A stretch of 64,000 nt of DNA from Bryobacterales bacterium. GTDB taxonomy: Bacteria; Acidobacteriota; Terriglobia; Bryobacterales; UBA6623. The stretch covers positions 1,248,001 to 1,312,000 of the forward strand of contig OY729428.2 of assembly GCA_963422375.2 (NCBI GenBank), read 5' to 3'. Position numbers and translations under genes: made by a program. This document shows positions 10,721-21,046 of the stretch, in pieces. How positions within the stretch are numbered: the first letter of the stretch is position 1; each line of letters begins with the position of its first letter. The notes under the pieces were generated by a model that saw only the letters and a list, made by a program, of their open reading frames with translations, made no database searches and was not told the DNA's origin.

Positions 10721-11908
10721 ATGCAGCTGACGCGGATCACCCTCCGCCTGATCCGCATGTCCTTGGTGCGACCGTTCGAGACCAGCTTCGGCCGGACAGA
10801 CGAGCGCCGCATCCTGCTCGTGGAGGTGGAGGACGCCGACGGCGCGACCGGCTGGGGCGAGGTCACCTGCGGCGAGCGCCCCTTCTACAACGAGGAATGG
10901 GTCGACGCGGCCTGGCTGGTGCTGCGGGACTTCGCAGCGCCCCGCACGCTCGGCAGGCGGGTCGCGTCAGCGGCGGACATCGGCGCGCTGACCGACGCCG
11001 TGCGGGGGCACCGCATGGCCCGCGGCGGCCTCGAGGCGGCCTGCTGGGAGCTCGAGGCGCGCAAGGCGGGCCGGCCTCTCTGGCGACACGTCGGCGGCCA
11101 GCGGAGGGAGATCCCCTGCGGCGTCTCGATCGGCATCCAAGATACGGTCGAGGATCTCCTCGGCCTGGTCGAGACGGAGGTCGCGGCCGGGTACCGGCGC
11201 ATCAAGGTCAAGATCAGGCCCGGCTACGACGTCCAGCCCGTGGGGGCCGTGCGGATGCACTTCCCGGATGTCCCGCTGATGGCGGACGCGAACTCGGCCT
11301 ACTCCTTGCGGGACCTGCCGACCCTGAAGGCGCTCGACGAGGCCCACTTGATGATGCTTGAGCAGCCTCTCGGCCACGACGAGCTGATCGACCACTCAGT
11401 CGTCCAAGACGCCTTGCGGACGCCGGTCTGCCTGGACGAATGCATCCGGACGGCCCATCACGCCGAGCAGGCCATCCGGATCGGGGCCTGCCGCATCGTG
11501 AACGTCAAGCTCGGCCGCGTCGGGGGCTTCGCGGAGGCGTTGCGCGTGCACGACGCTTGCCGCCGGGCAGGGGTGCCAGTGTGGTGCGGGGGCATGCTCG
11601 AGTCCGGGATCGGCCGGGCGCACAACATCGCTCTCTCGACGCTCCCGCAGTTCACCCTGCCCGGGGACGTGTCGGCGTCGAAGCGCTACTGGCACCGGGA
11701 CGTGGTGCATCCGCCGGTGGAAGTGACCGCGCAGGGCACGATCGTCGCGCCCGAGGGGCCCGGCCTCGGCTTCACCGTGGACGTGGAGCGCATCGAGGCG
11801 CTCTCGGAGCGTCGCGAGGATCTGACCCCGGCTCGGCTAGCCCTTGCCCCCGGCGGCGGAGTGACGGACGACGACCGCGGTCACATTGTCCGGCGCGCCG
11901 CGCTCTAG
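10721..11908 (+). CDS. menC: o-succinylbenzoate synthase / N-acylamino acid racemase (enolase superfamily)
   Basis: PFETSFG, KVK, DAN, EQP, LDE, WCGGMLESGIGRAHN, PGDVSAS; 3' end overlaps the convergent PP2C gene. Confidence 0.88.
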   Translation: MQLTRITLRLIRMSLVRPFETSFGRTDERRILLVEVEDADGATGWGEVTCGERPFYNEEWVDAAWLVLRDFAAPRTLGRRVASAADIGALTDAVRGHRMARGGLEAACWELEARKAGRPLWRHVGGQRREIPCGVSIGIQDTVEDLLGLVETEVAAGYRRIKVKIRPGYDVQPVGAVRMHFPDVPLMADANSAYSLRDLPTLKALDEAHLMMLEQPLGHDELIDHSVVQDALRTPVCLDECIRTAHHAEQAIRIGACRIVNVKLGRVGGFAEALRVHDACRRAGVPVWCGGMLESGIGRAHNIALSTLPQFTLPGDVSASKRYWHRDVVHPPVEVTAQGTIVAPEGPGLGFTVDVERIEALSERREDLTPARLALAPGGGVTDDDRGHIVRRAAL

Positions 11909-12607
11909 GACCGCGCCGATCAGGGCCTCGGCCTTCTCCTTGGTCGTCGCTCCCGCCCGCAGCGACTCGGCGATCAAACCGGCCGGCATCACGCCGTGGA
12001 GCCCGTCGCTGCAAAGGAGGAGGATGTCCCCGGGCGAGAAATCCGCCACGACCGTGGCGGCCCGAACCTCGCTGTCCGCGCCCACGGCCTTCGTCAGCAG
12101 GTGACGGTAGGGATGGGACGCGAATTTCTCGTCGCTCACGCCCGTTGCCCTCGCGACCTGACGGACCCAAGTGTCGTCCTCGGTCAGGCATTCGAGGCTG
12201 CCGCGGGCGAGCTTGTAGGCCCGGCTGTCCCCGACGCTCGCGACATGGACCCTCCCCGACCGGACGACCGCCGCCGTGACAGTGGTGCCCATGCCTCTCA
12301 GGGCCGGGTTGTTCTCGGCCTCCCGCCGGACGCGACGGTTCGCCAGCTCCACAGCCTGCACGAGTGTCTCGACGGTCAGGGAGGCAGCCGCCTCGCGGGC
12401 CTCCTCTACCAGCGTTCGCACCGTGACTGCGGACGCCCTCTCCCCGCCAAGCGCGCCGCCCATGCCGTCGGCAACCACGAAGAAGCCTAGCTCGGGCACG
12501 GCATCGAATGCGTCTTCGTTATTCGACCGGACGCTCCCGACATGGGACAGCCCCCACGAATCCAGCAGCGGCGCGGGGTTTAGGCTACCGGGCGCGTCAC
12601 AAGTCAT
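11837..12607 (-). CDS. PP2C-family Ser/Thr protein phosphatase
   Basis: RSNNED, VADGMGG, MGTT, VGDSRAY, LCSDGL, DNVT. Confidence 0.93.
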   Translation of the reverse strand: MTCDAPGSLNPAPLLDSWGLSHVGSVRSNNEDAFDAVPELGFFVVADGMGGALGGERASAVTVRTLVEEAREAAASLTVETLVQAVELANRRVRREAENNPALRGMGTTVTAAVVRSGRVHVASVGDSRAYKLARGSLECLTEDDTWVRQVARATGVSDEKFASHPYRHLLTKAVGADSEVRAATVVADFSPGDILLLCSDGLHGVMPAGLIAESLRAGATTKEKAEALIGAVLERGAPDNVTAVVVRHSAAGGKG

Positions 12608-12615
12608 CGAAGACC

Positions 12616-13305
12616 CTAGCGATTCCTAGCAGCACGCCGTCCAGTGCCAGCGTTGGGCGCAGTCGCGAGCCGGCTCGGCGCCCGCAAGATGTTGACCGCG
12701 GCCTTGGCGGCGGCAGAGCTTCCATCGGCGATCGCCGGCAGCGAAGGCAACCCAGCGCCTGCAAGCCCGCGACGCACAGCGAGGAGCCACTCCGGCTTGC
12801 TGCCTGCCGGCGCCTCGAGAACCGGCGTTTCGTGCGTCCCGACTAGACGTGTCGTCATGTGGCGGACCCCGTGCCGCTGGCGCGCGTCGCGCTTGCGACG
12901 GGCCTTGGCGAGCGCCGGCACGCACATCCGACGCTGCCAGGTCCTCGGCGGCCCCAGGCACTCGGCCGTGCGAGCACGCGAGCGGGGCTTGTTGCAGCGC
13001 GGACAACCCAGATGCCCTCCACTCCTGAACCTGCGGAAGAACGCCTTGTCCGCATGCAGGAGCCTAGATTCGACACCCTTGCTCCGAACGCCCCCCAGCT
13101 TGTCCGGTGCGGACTTGCGCAGCGCCGGCATCCTGCGGCAATGGTTGCAACAGCGGACGGCCTCCTTGCGCTCGTTCCAAGCCGTCTTGCGCTCGTCCGA
13201 CGCCATGTTGTCGAGCCGGCTCAACCACCCCAGCACCCTGTCGATGCCAGCGCAACCCGAATTCCGGTAGCATCCGCGCTCTTGATAGGTGACTACGGCT
13301 GTCAC
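12616..13305 (-). mobile_element. Degenerate, internally deleted TnpB (IS200/IS605 family) remnant
   Basis: TnpB-like blocks in the right order: DERKTAWNERKEAV, KAFFRRFRSGGHLGCPR (cf. AFFRRxKxGxKPGYPRF), RHMTTRLVGTHETPVLE, AAVNILR; RuvC-I and the zinc finger are not recognisable. Confidence 0.7.
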
Positions 13306-13384
13306 AGTTGCATTCCGAATCAGCGAAGTCCAGCTGTCAAGCGGGGGTTGGAATTCTGCGCACTGATTCGTGACCGCCTACACA

Positions 13385-14356
13385 TCAGAGGGGCGGCGAC
13401 GGCCCCGGCGGGACCGCGGGACCGCGCGAGACGTCGACGACCACCGCAGGCGTGCTGCCGACCCGCACGGCCGTACCCGGAGCCGCGGCCTCGCGGCGGA
13501 CCATGGCGAAGCCGCGCGCGCGGCCGCCGGAGAGCGAGCCCGGCACCGGCGACGTCAGCGTGCCGACCGGCTTACCTCCGCAATACACGGCTAGGTCAGC
13601 GGGAGCGTCCTCGGAGGCCAGCTCCAAGCCTACGAGGAGCCGCCGGACGCGGCCCTGCGAGCGCACGCGCTCCACGATCTCCTGGCCGGTGTAGCAGCCC
13701 TTGGCGAACGACACGGCATGAAGCTGCTGGGTCTCGTGCGGGATGTGCGCCGGGCCGAAGTCCGCCCCGAATCGCGGGACGCCGGCCGTCACGCGGAGGG
13801 CCTCGCATTCCTCCTCGCTAGCCTGCCCGGCCCCGCTCGCCCCGGCCTCCGCAACCAAGCGCGGCAGGGCGGAGCGAGGCGCCTCGATCCAGTACCCGTC
13901 GACCCGCCCCAGCGGCGCGCGGAAAAGGCGCGTTCCGCCCTTTCGAGCGAAGGCCAGCGGGTCGTCCGGAGCGAACCCGTAGAGCCGGGTCACCGCGGCG
14001 CGCGACGCCGGGCCGACGATCGCCAGGAGACAGGTGGAGGGGGTGACATCCTCCAACACCACATCGTCCATGATGATGTAGCTCTCGATGTGCTCCCGGA
14101 GCGGCGCGCGGGCCTCGGGCTCGCAGTCGATCAGTATGCTGTCGGTGTCGACGAACACGCGGCTGTCGGACTGAATCCGGCCTTGGGCGTCTAGGAAGAA
14201 GGAGTAGACGCCGCGGCCGACGGGGAGCGCATCTACCGCGTTGCTGCAAATCGCGTGGATCAGCCGCACCCGATCCTCGCCAGTCGCTACAAGCCTGCCG
14301 CGCGAGGACAGATCCCGCCAAGCGGCACCATGCGGCAATGCGTCGCGACCGATCAC
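13385..14356 (-). CDS. ygfZ: Folate-binding protein YgfZ (GcvT family)
   Basis: Signature KGCYTGQE; GEDRVRLIH. Confidence 0.92.
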   Translation of the reverse strand: MIGRDALPHGAAWRDLSSRGRLVATGEDRVRLIHAICSNAVDALPVGRGVYSFFLDAQGRIQSDSRVFVDTDSILIDCEPEARAPLREHIESYIIMDDVVLEDVTPSTCLLAIVGPASRAAVTRLYGFAPDDPLAFARKGGTRLFRAPLGRVDGYWIEAPRSALPRLVAEAGASGAGQASEEECEALRVTAGVPRFGADFGPAHIPHETQQLHAVSFAKGCYTGQEIVERVRSQGRVRRLLVGLELASEDAPADLAVYCGGKPVGTLTSPVPGSLSGGRARGFAMVRREAAAPGTAVRVGSTPAVVVDVSRGPAVPPGPSPPL

Positions 14357-14381
14357 CGCACGAATTGCTAGGATACCAGCG

Positions 14382-15014
14382 ATGATTCACGAGATCCTGC
14401 CGGTCGGGTCGCTGCGCTGCAACTGCTCTATCTTCGGCGACGAGGCGACGCGGGAAGCGCTGGTCATCGACCCCGGAGACGAGATCGAGCGCATCGAGGC
14501 AGTCCTTTCGCAGCACGGCCTGACCGTCAAGGCGATCGTGATCACGCATGCCCATGTCGACCACATCGGCGGGGCCGGGAAGCTGCGAGCGCGCACCGGG
14601 GCGCCGGTCTACATGAACGAGGCCGACCTGGTGCAGGTGGACCATCTCGAGCGGCAGGCCGCCTGGCTCGGAATGCCACGGCCCGAGGGCATCGAGATCG
14701 ACTCGGGACTGCGGGACGGGGACTCGCTCGATCTCGCGGGCAACGCGTTCGACGTGCTGCACACGCCCGGGCACACCCAAGGCAGCGTCAGCCTGCTGAT
14801 CCGGTCGGAGAACAAGCTGGTGGCAGGGGACACGCTCTTCAGGGATTCGATCGGCAGGACCGACCTCCCCGGCGGCGACCATCGCCAGATCCTGAGCTCG
14901 ATCAAGACCAAGCTCCTAACTCTCGACGACGACGTCGAGGTGACTTGCGGGCACGGGCACGGCACCACGATCGGCCGGGAGCGCGCTGTGAACGTGTTCC
15001 TGCGCGGCTTGTAG
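14382..15014 (+). CDS. MBL-fold metallo-hydrolase (glyoxalase II / YcbL-like)
   Basis: THAHVDH, HTPGHT, GDTLF, GRTDLPGG, GHG. Confidence 0.92.
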   Translation: MIHEILPVGSLRCNCSIFGDEATREALVIDPGDEIERIEAVLSQHGLTVKAIVITHAHVDHIGGAGKLRARTGAPVYMNEADLVQVDHLERQAAWLGMPRPEGIEIDSGLRDGDSLDLAGNAFDVLHTPGHTQGSVSLLIRSENKLVAGDTLFRDSIGRTDLPGGDHRQILSSIKTKLLTLDDDVEVTCGHGHGTTIGRERAVNVFLRGL

Positions 15015-15404
15015 GCCGGTCGACTCGCGAACCGATCAGAGCGAGGCCATGCGGATTCGGGGCTGAATCCGGGCAACTGATTGCTACGACCGGCGCGGCG
15101 CGCGAAACCAGCGCGACCCGGCCGATACAAGCCCGCAGGCGGACCTCCGGCCCTCGACCCCTCGCAGGCGCTGGACGGGAATCAGGCAGGTCACCGACGG
15201 GGGAGGCATGTCGCATCGGAGAGCGGCTGATCACTTGGTCCCGAGATCAGTCGGAGCGGGCCGCTGGCTCGCAGGCTTTCACGAACGCGCGGGCAGCGGC
15301 GTCGGGTGCTGCGATTCCGCTACTGCGAGGACATCGGGCGCAACCCGCGGGGCTACGTTGGAGGCCCGCACTGCGATCCTCACGGATGCCGCCGCGACGG
15401 CTGC

Positions 15405-15755
15405 CTAGAGTCCGAGCAGCGCTCCAAGCGTCCACTGCATGAACCGAAACTGGGATTGCGTCTTCGTAACCTGCTTGCGGGTCTCGGCAAGCTGCCGGTC
15501 GGTCGAGGTCTTCGAGTCGGCCATAATCTTGTCGGGCCTAGCCTTGGACTCGGCGATCTGCATGTCCGTCTCGGCCTTGGACTCGGCGATGAATCTTGTC
15601 CGCCGCGGCCATAGACCTCGGCCAGCGCCTTGTAGAATGCGGCCTCGGACCCCGCGATCACTCGGCGATAGGCGGCCCTAGCCCCCGCCCGCAAGGGACT
15701 TCCCGAACTGTGCGTCCGTCTGCGCGTAGATCGTCTCGAGGTTTGCGCGCTCCGC
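15405..15755 (-). pseudogene. Frameshifted coiled-coil protein with 11-residue repeats and C-terminal hydrophobic anchor
   Basis: IAESKAETDMQIAESKARPDKIMADSKTSTDRQLAETRKQ...QFRFMQWTLGALLGL*; gccttggactcggcgat repeated at 15541 and 15574 (33-bp period); upstream parts lie in other frames. Confidence 0.55.
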
Positions 15756-16018
15756 CGGGCCCCCCCGCAATGACATGCTGGCCGGACATTCCTCTGACCC
15801 CTTCAATGGAATCGTCCGCCTCGTCGAGCAGGACCTCCGCTGACGACGGCACCTCGATCAGAGGCTGGGCCACGGGGCCGACCGCGATTGCGCTTGGATC
15901 GCTTTCGGTCACTACGATGCCTCCTGCCTGTGCTTGATGCCTGCGACCGCTCCGAGCCGGACCCGCAACCCCAGCAGCCTTCGCGGGCGAATCGAGGCGG
16001 ACGATAAAATCGTCCCTG

Positions 16019-16576
16019 ATGCGGAAGAGAATCCTGCTCGTCACCGGCGACTCGGGCGAGAGCTACGAGACGCTCTACGCCATGCACCGTTTCCGCGAGG
16101 CGGGCTGCGAGGCCGTTGTCTCGGCGCCGGCGGCCCGGCGGCTGCACCTGGTCATGCACGATTTCGAGCCGGGCTGGGACACCTACATCGAACGCCAGGG
16201 CTACGGCGTCGAGGCGGACATTTCATTCGACAGCGTTGATGTCCGGGACTACGACGCTGTGCTGCTGCTCGGGGGCCGGGCACCGGAATTCCTGCGTCAC
16301 ATCCCCAGAGTGATCGAGATCGCAAGGGAGTTCGCAAGCTCGGGAAAGCCCGTGTTCTCGATCTGCCACGGCATCCAGATCCTCGTCGCCGCGGGTCTCG
16401 TCGCGGCGCGCAGGGTGACCTGCTACATGCATGTTCGCTCCGAGGCCGAGCGGGCAGGCGCCGTCTACTGCGAGGACGAAGCGGTGCGTGACGGAAATAT
16501 AGTCACCGCGCAGACGTGGGAGTCGCACCCGGAGTTCTACCGCAAGGTCTTCGAATGCCTCGAGGAAGCAGCGTAG
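16019..16576 (+). CDS. DJ-1/PfpI family protein
   Basis: ESYE, GGRAPE, ICHG nucleophile elbow. Confidence 0.92.
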   Translation: MRKRILLVTGDSGESYETLYAMHRFREAGCEAVVSAPAARRLHLVMHDFEPGWDTYIERQGYGVEADISFDSVDVRDYDAVLLLGGRAPEFLRHIPRVIEIAREFASSGKPVFSICHGIQILVAAGLVAARRVTCYMHVRSEAERAGAVYCEDEAVRDGNIVTAQTWESHPEFYRKVFECLEEAA

Positions 16577-16594
16577 GCCTGGCGGCGCCGCGCA

Positions 16595-18793
16595 TCAATC
16601 CGAGCCGGGCTCGACGATCTCGAAGCCGCGGTAGATCACCGCGCGCTCGTCGGCGGAGCCCGGCAGCATGGCAGCGACCGTGTAGCTCCCCGCCGGCAGC
16701 TCGGCCGTGGCTAGGGCCGCGAGGTATCTGATCCGTTTCGACTCGGGCTCCGGCAGGGTCTGGTGGCCCGTGACCGGCAGCGGGGCGACGCGCTCCCTCC
16801 CGCGGTACAGGGCTATTCTGGGCGCCGGCGGACTCGCATGCGCCGGGGCTCCCGCGTCGTAGACGTCGTAGAGCGCGTAGATCGGATCCCCGCGCCTGAA
16901 CTTCTTGACCGCGGAGGCGAAGAACCGGCTGCCGTCCGCCAAGAGCACGTCCTCGTGCGGATCGCGCCCGCGCTCGCGGCCCTTCGAGCGCTCCGCGCCC
17001 CGGCCTACGTCGTCGACCCGGCTGGTCAGCAGAAGGGAGCTCGTGCCCGGCCGGTTGCGGAATCCAGGAACGCGGACCTGAGCCCCGTAGCTCCCCATCA
17101 GGCCGGTCAGGTCGTCGCGCACCACGACCTTCCACTCGTACTCGCCCGGGGAGAGCACCATCTGGGAGCCGTAGTGCAGCCACGAATTCGGGTCGTCGCT
17201 GAGACGCCGCAACGCATCGTCCGCGACCGTGATCTCGAAGCGCCTGTCGTCCGTGACCGGCGGCGCGTGGCGATCCCCGGAGCCTTCGCTGGGAACAGCC
17301 TGCGCGACGATCGTGAGGCCGAACTTCTCGCCCCTTCTTGAGGCGCTGTGCGGAATGTCCCGGACATGCAGCCCGACGCTGTAGACCAGCGTGGGCAGGC
17401 CGCGCGAATTCCGGAAGAACTCGTGGTCCACCATGATCGGGAGGTCGGCGTACGGCGTGTCGAAGACGAGCGCCTGGTGCAGGCGCAGGTTCCGCTCCGC
17501 GCGCGAAGTGTCCTCGAACGGGCGCTCCTCGTAGTACCCCCGCTGATGGCTGATTCTCAGCCCCTTGCGCTCGACCCGGACGCGAATGCGGCGCAGGCGC
17601 CCGCGCTGCTCGGTCTCGCGCGGATAGTACCCGAGGAGGTAGTAATCCGACGTCCGGCGCAGCATCACGTCGAAGACCTCTCCGAAGTCGTTGGAGTTGA
17701 GCACGGCGCGCCCGCCGGTCCGCCGCGCCAGCTCGAACAGGCCGTCCTGGCCCTCCTGGCGGTCTTGATTGGCCGTCCTGAATCCGTCGATCGGGTCGAC
17801 ACCGAAATCCCCGGACAACGCGCTCGGGCTGCCCCCGCTCTCGGCGTCTCCGCCAGGCGAGGAGGCTGCCAGCCCCGCGACGTCCGAGACGAAGAATCGC
17901 ACCCGCGCCTTGGTGGCTTCGTCCTCGAGAACCTTCATGATGTCGAGGTTGTCCTCGTCCGTTCGCAGGCCGGTCGAGAACAGAACCACGACCTTGCGGC
18001 CGGGGTAGATGCTCAGGGCCCGGATCAGGTCGATGTACTCGTACATCCGGAGGCGCCGGTAGAACGCCGCGCGGTCGGCCAGCGATTCGACCTCGGTGTT
18101 GAATTCCTGATTGGTCTCGTCGATCAGGCTCTGGAAGGTGTCGCTGTATTCGATGTCTCGCGACAGGTCCGCGGCGAGCACGTCGACCAAGGAGCCGGGC
18201 TGCCCCGCCCCGCGGGTGAGCATCGCGTCCAGATGCCGGTACAGGTCCGAGCGGCGCGAAGTGAAGGGCGTGCCCTCGAGGGAGACGAACACGCCCGGCG
18301 CCAGTCTCTCGTCGATGAACGCCTTCACCGCGTCGTAGACGCGCTTGCTGTCCTGGCGGCGACCGCGGGTCGCGATGTAGACGAACGTGCTGCGCCGCAG
18401 CGAGTCGGCGGCTGCGGACGCCGCATCAAATCCCGCTGCGTTCCCCGGCCGGGCCGGCTCCGGGGGCGCGGGCTGCGATATGGGCGCGGGCTGGGGGACG
18501 AACTCTAAGGTCGCGATTCTCTGCTGCTGGCCGTTCTCGAGGAGGCGGAAGTCATCTCTCGAGAGGTCCGTCACCGCCTGGCCGTCACGGTCGGTGACGC
18601 GAACCTCCACCTCCATCAACGCAGTTTCCGCTTCGAAGACAGGCGGGGCCTGCGCCGACATGGGCAGACAGGCGGGGAGCAGCGCGAGAGCGGCCCCAGC
18701 TAGCAGGGGAACCGAGCGGAGATTCGTCGAGAGCACCCTCGGATCTCCAGCCATGCGCGTATCGATCGCGGGCGGCTCGGCCGCTTCCGCCAC
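16595..18793 (-). CDS. VWA-domain protein of the acidobacterial VWFA-related type, probably secreted
   Basis: VEVRVTDRDGQAVTDLSRDDFRLLENG, PGRKVVVLFSTG, LARRTGGRA, YYLLGYYP; start uncertain. Confidence 0.85.
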   Translation of the reverse strand: MAEAAEPPAIDTRMAGDPRVLSTNLRSVPLLAGAALALLPACLPMSAQAPPVFEAETALMEVEVRVTDRDGQAVTDLSRDDFRLLENGQQQRIATLEFVPQPAPISQPAPPEPARPGNAAGFDAASAAADSLRRSTFVYIATRGRRQDSKRVYDAVKAFIDERLAPGVFVSLEGTPFTSRRSDLYRHLDAMLTRGAGQPGSLVDVLAADLSRDIEYSDTFQSLIDETNQEFNTEVESLADRAAFYRRLRMYEYIDLIRALSIYPGRKVVVLFSTGLRTDEDNLDIMKVLEDEATKARVRFFVSDVAGLAASSPGGDAESGGSPSALSGDFGVDPIDGFRTANQDRQEGQDGLFELARRTGGRAVLNSNDFGEVFDVMLRRTSDYYLLGYYPRETEQRGRLRRIRVRVERKGLRISHQRGYYEERPFEDTSRAERNLRLHQALVFDTPYADLPIMVDHEFFRNSRGLPTLVYSVGLHVRDIPHSASRRGEKFGLTIVAQAVPSEGSGDRHAPPVTDDRRFEITVADDALRRLSDDPNSWLHYGSQMVLSPGEYEWKVVVRDDLTGLMGSYGAQVRVPGFRNRPGTSSLLLTSRVDDVGRGAERSKGRERGRDPHEDVLLADGSRFFASAVKKFRRGDPIYALYDVYDAGAPAHASPPAPRIALYRGRERVAPLPVTGHQTLPEPESKRIRYLAALATAELPAGSYTVAAMLPGSADERAVIYRGFEIVEPGSD

Positions 18794-19190
18794 CCGCGGG
18801 GCACGTCTCGCGCCTGCCCGGTCGACCGCCCCCGCGATCCCCTTTCTAGCTTAATGCACTCCCCTCCCGAAAAAGGGCCGGCGAGGCGCGGCAGTTCCAG
18901 TCCGCATCAGAACCGGCGCGGCCACCGGGACAGGCGCGACCGGAAGGATGCGCCGAATCGGCGGAAGATGATGCTATGCACGACCGCCCCTTCCCAGAGC
19001 AGTGCTTGGGCGACGAGCGCGGTTTCCTTCACGTGCCGTTCCCTGCCCAAGCCCAGGCCGGGGGGCTCGTGGGCCCTCGAGCGCTCGAAGGCCCGAATTA
19101 ACCGCAAGACCGAGTCGGGTGACGGCGCGCCCTCTTCCCGAGGGCGGGACGCTCCTGCGGGCGGCGAACGACACCGGTTGCGCGCTCCAC

Positions 19191-19221
19191 CTAGCCCGCA
19201 TTCGTGAATAATGCGGGCTAG
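19191..19221. mobile_element. IS-like footprint: 23-bp inverted-repeat core flanked by CTAG direct repeats
   Basis: ctag-cccgcattcgtgaataatgcggg-ctag; the ends resemble IS1380-family terminal IRs (from memory). Confidence 0.55.
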
Positions 19222-20827
19222 GGAGCCTCGACTTCCTGCACAAAGCACCCAGCCGCAGTGCTGCGCAGTTCCTGCCCCTGTTCATCGAGGAGGGCATCGA
19301 CCCAGGCCGAGTCACGGGCAAGGGCGAGCGCGCCTACGACGCCTACATGCCGAGCGAGTGCGACCTAGTGATCGCCAACCCGCCCTACACCCGCGCGGGC
19401 GGCCCGGGCACCGCCGAGAACACGGACTGGAACCCGATCTTCGGCTCGGCCTGTCGAAGGCGGACGCCAAGACCATGAAGGGCGCCTTGCGCCGTACATT
19501 GGACGGAACGCCCGCTAGCCTTTACGCGAGCCTGGGCTAGGCGTTCGCCGTCTTGGCCTGCGAACGCGTCAAAGCAGGGGGGCGCGTGGCCTTGGTTCTG
19601 CCTGCAACCGCCCTGACGGGCAGCCGCTGGGCCCGGTGCGCACGCTGCTGCTGGAGCGCTTCGACGTCGAGTGGGTCGTGGCCAGCCACGACAGCCGCAA
19701 CCGCCACGCCCGGAACGGACTGCCCGGACGGCGCTTCGTCACGTTCTCGGAATCGACGCGCATCGCCGAGACGCTGGTTGTGGCAACCAAGAGGGCCGGA
19801 GGGGCCCCGAAAGGGGCCGGATGGACGCGCTTCGTCAATCTCCGGCGGAATCCGGACAAGCCCATGGACGCCATGGTGATCACCCGGGCGCTTCTGGCGG
19901 AGGCCAGAGAGGGCGGAGACAAGGCCTCCGGGGTGGCGTTCGGAGACGTTCTATGGGGCGAATTGCTCCCGGTCAGGCAATGCGACCTGGAAGGGAGCCC
20001 TTGGATTTACGGAGCCTTTTGCCAGGGAAATCTCGTCAGGGTCGCGACGCGCCTCGCCAGCGAAGGTGTAGCGAAGGTGTATGGCGCATCGCGGAATGCG
20101 AAATCCGCATCCCGATCGCCCCGCCGGCCTCCTCGTGCGAACTAGGGCCGTACGAGATGCAGATCAAGAACCCCACCCAAGGGCTGTTCGATATCGTGGA
20201 CACCGACGATCCCTCTTGTACCGGCCACCCCGCTCTTCTGTGGCATCACGGCCACAAACGCATCGTGTCGCTCGCGGCTAAGGCCAACGCGAGACTTCGC
20301 GAGCGGCCCGGAATCGATCCGACCGCTCAGTCCGCAATGCTGGCGAAAGCGGGAAGATTGCAGCTTGCCCGCGAACTCGGCCATGCGCCTCAGCGCTTGG
20401 CAGCCGTGCTCACCGACGAAGCAATGCTCGGCGTGCGGTCGTGGATCACGCTCCGGCCCAAGCGGCCGGCTCCCGGCAAGGAGGAAGCCTTGTGCCTCTG
20501 GCTGAACAGCACGCCGGGCCTACTGCTGCGCATCCTCCGCTCGAATCGCCCCTATCTCGGGCGAAGCACCTTGCCGCAGGAAGTCGCTCGAGGGTTGCCC
20601 GTCATCGATGTCGACGCCTTGGCCTCGGCTCGGCTCGGGCGCACACCCTGTTCGACGATCTCATGCGCAAGCCGCTCCAAGGCTTCGCGGGGCTGGCGGA
20701 AGATCCCGTCCGCCGAGAGCTGGACCGAAGGCTGTTCGAGGAGGGCCTCGACTGCCGCGTGGGCAGCGAGATCGACCGGCTCGCCCAAGCATTGAATCGC
20801 GAACCGACGATCACGACCAGACACTGA
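19221..20827 (+). pseudogene. N6-adenine DNA methyltransferase (type IIG-like R-M) C-terminal remnant
   Basis: GSLDFL...CDLVIANPPYTRAGG (NPPY at 19377-19388), GGRVALVLP, FSESTRIAETLVVA; in-frame stop at 19538-19540 and frameshifts near 19450, 19635, 20090 and 20640. Confidence 0.8.
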
Positions 20828-21046
20828 CCGCCGGCATCCGAGAGACGCGCTAGGCAGCGGCCCATCGCGCCGACCCGATTCGGACTCTCCGTTGCGGGAC
20901 CTCCCCGCGCTGACCTTACCGCCCTGCAAGAGTCCGGCGAGGCAATTCCCGGGATTTCCGGCCGAGCCCAAGCGGGCCCGCGCGGCGACCGATTGCCTGC
21001 GGTTTCCGCGCGCCAGCCCGCTATCCGCTCCGGGGTCGGACCGACA

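Noticed and set aside
11837..11908. Functional meaning of the 72-bp convergent menC/PP2C overlap
   Set aside because: Most simply a lost stop codon in GC-rich DNA
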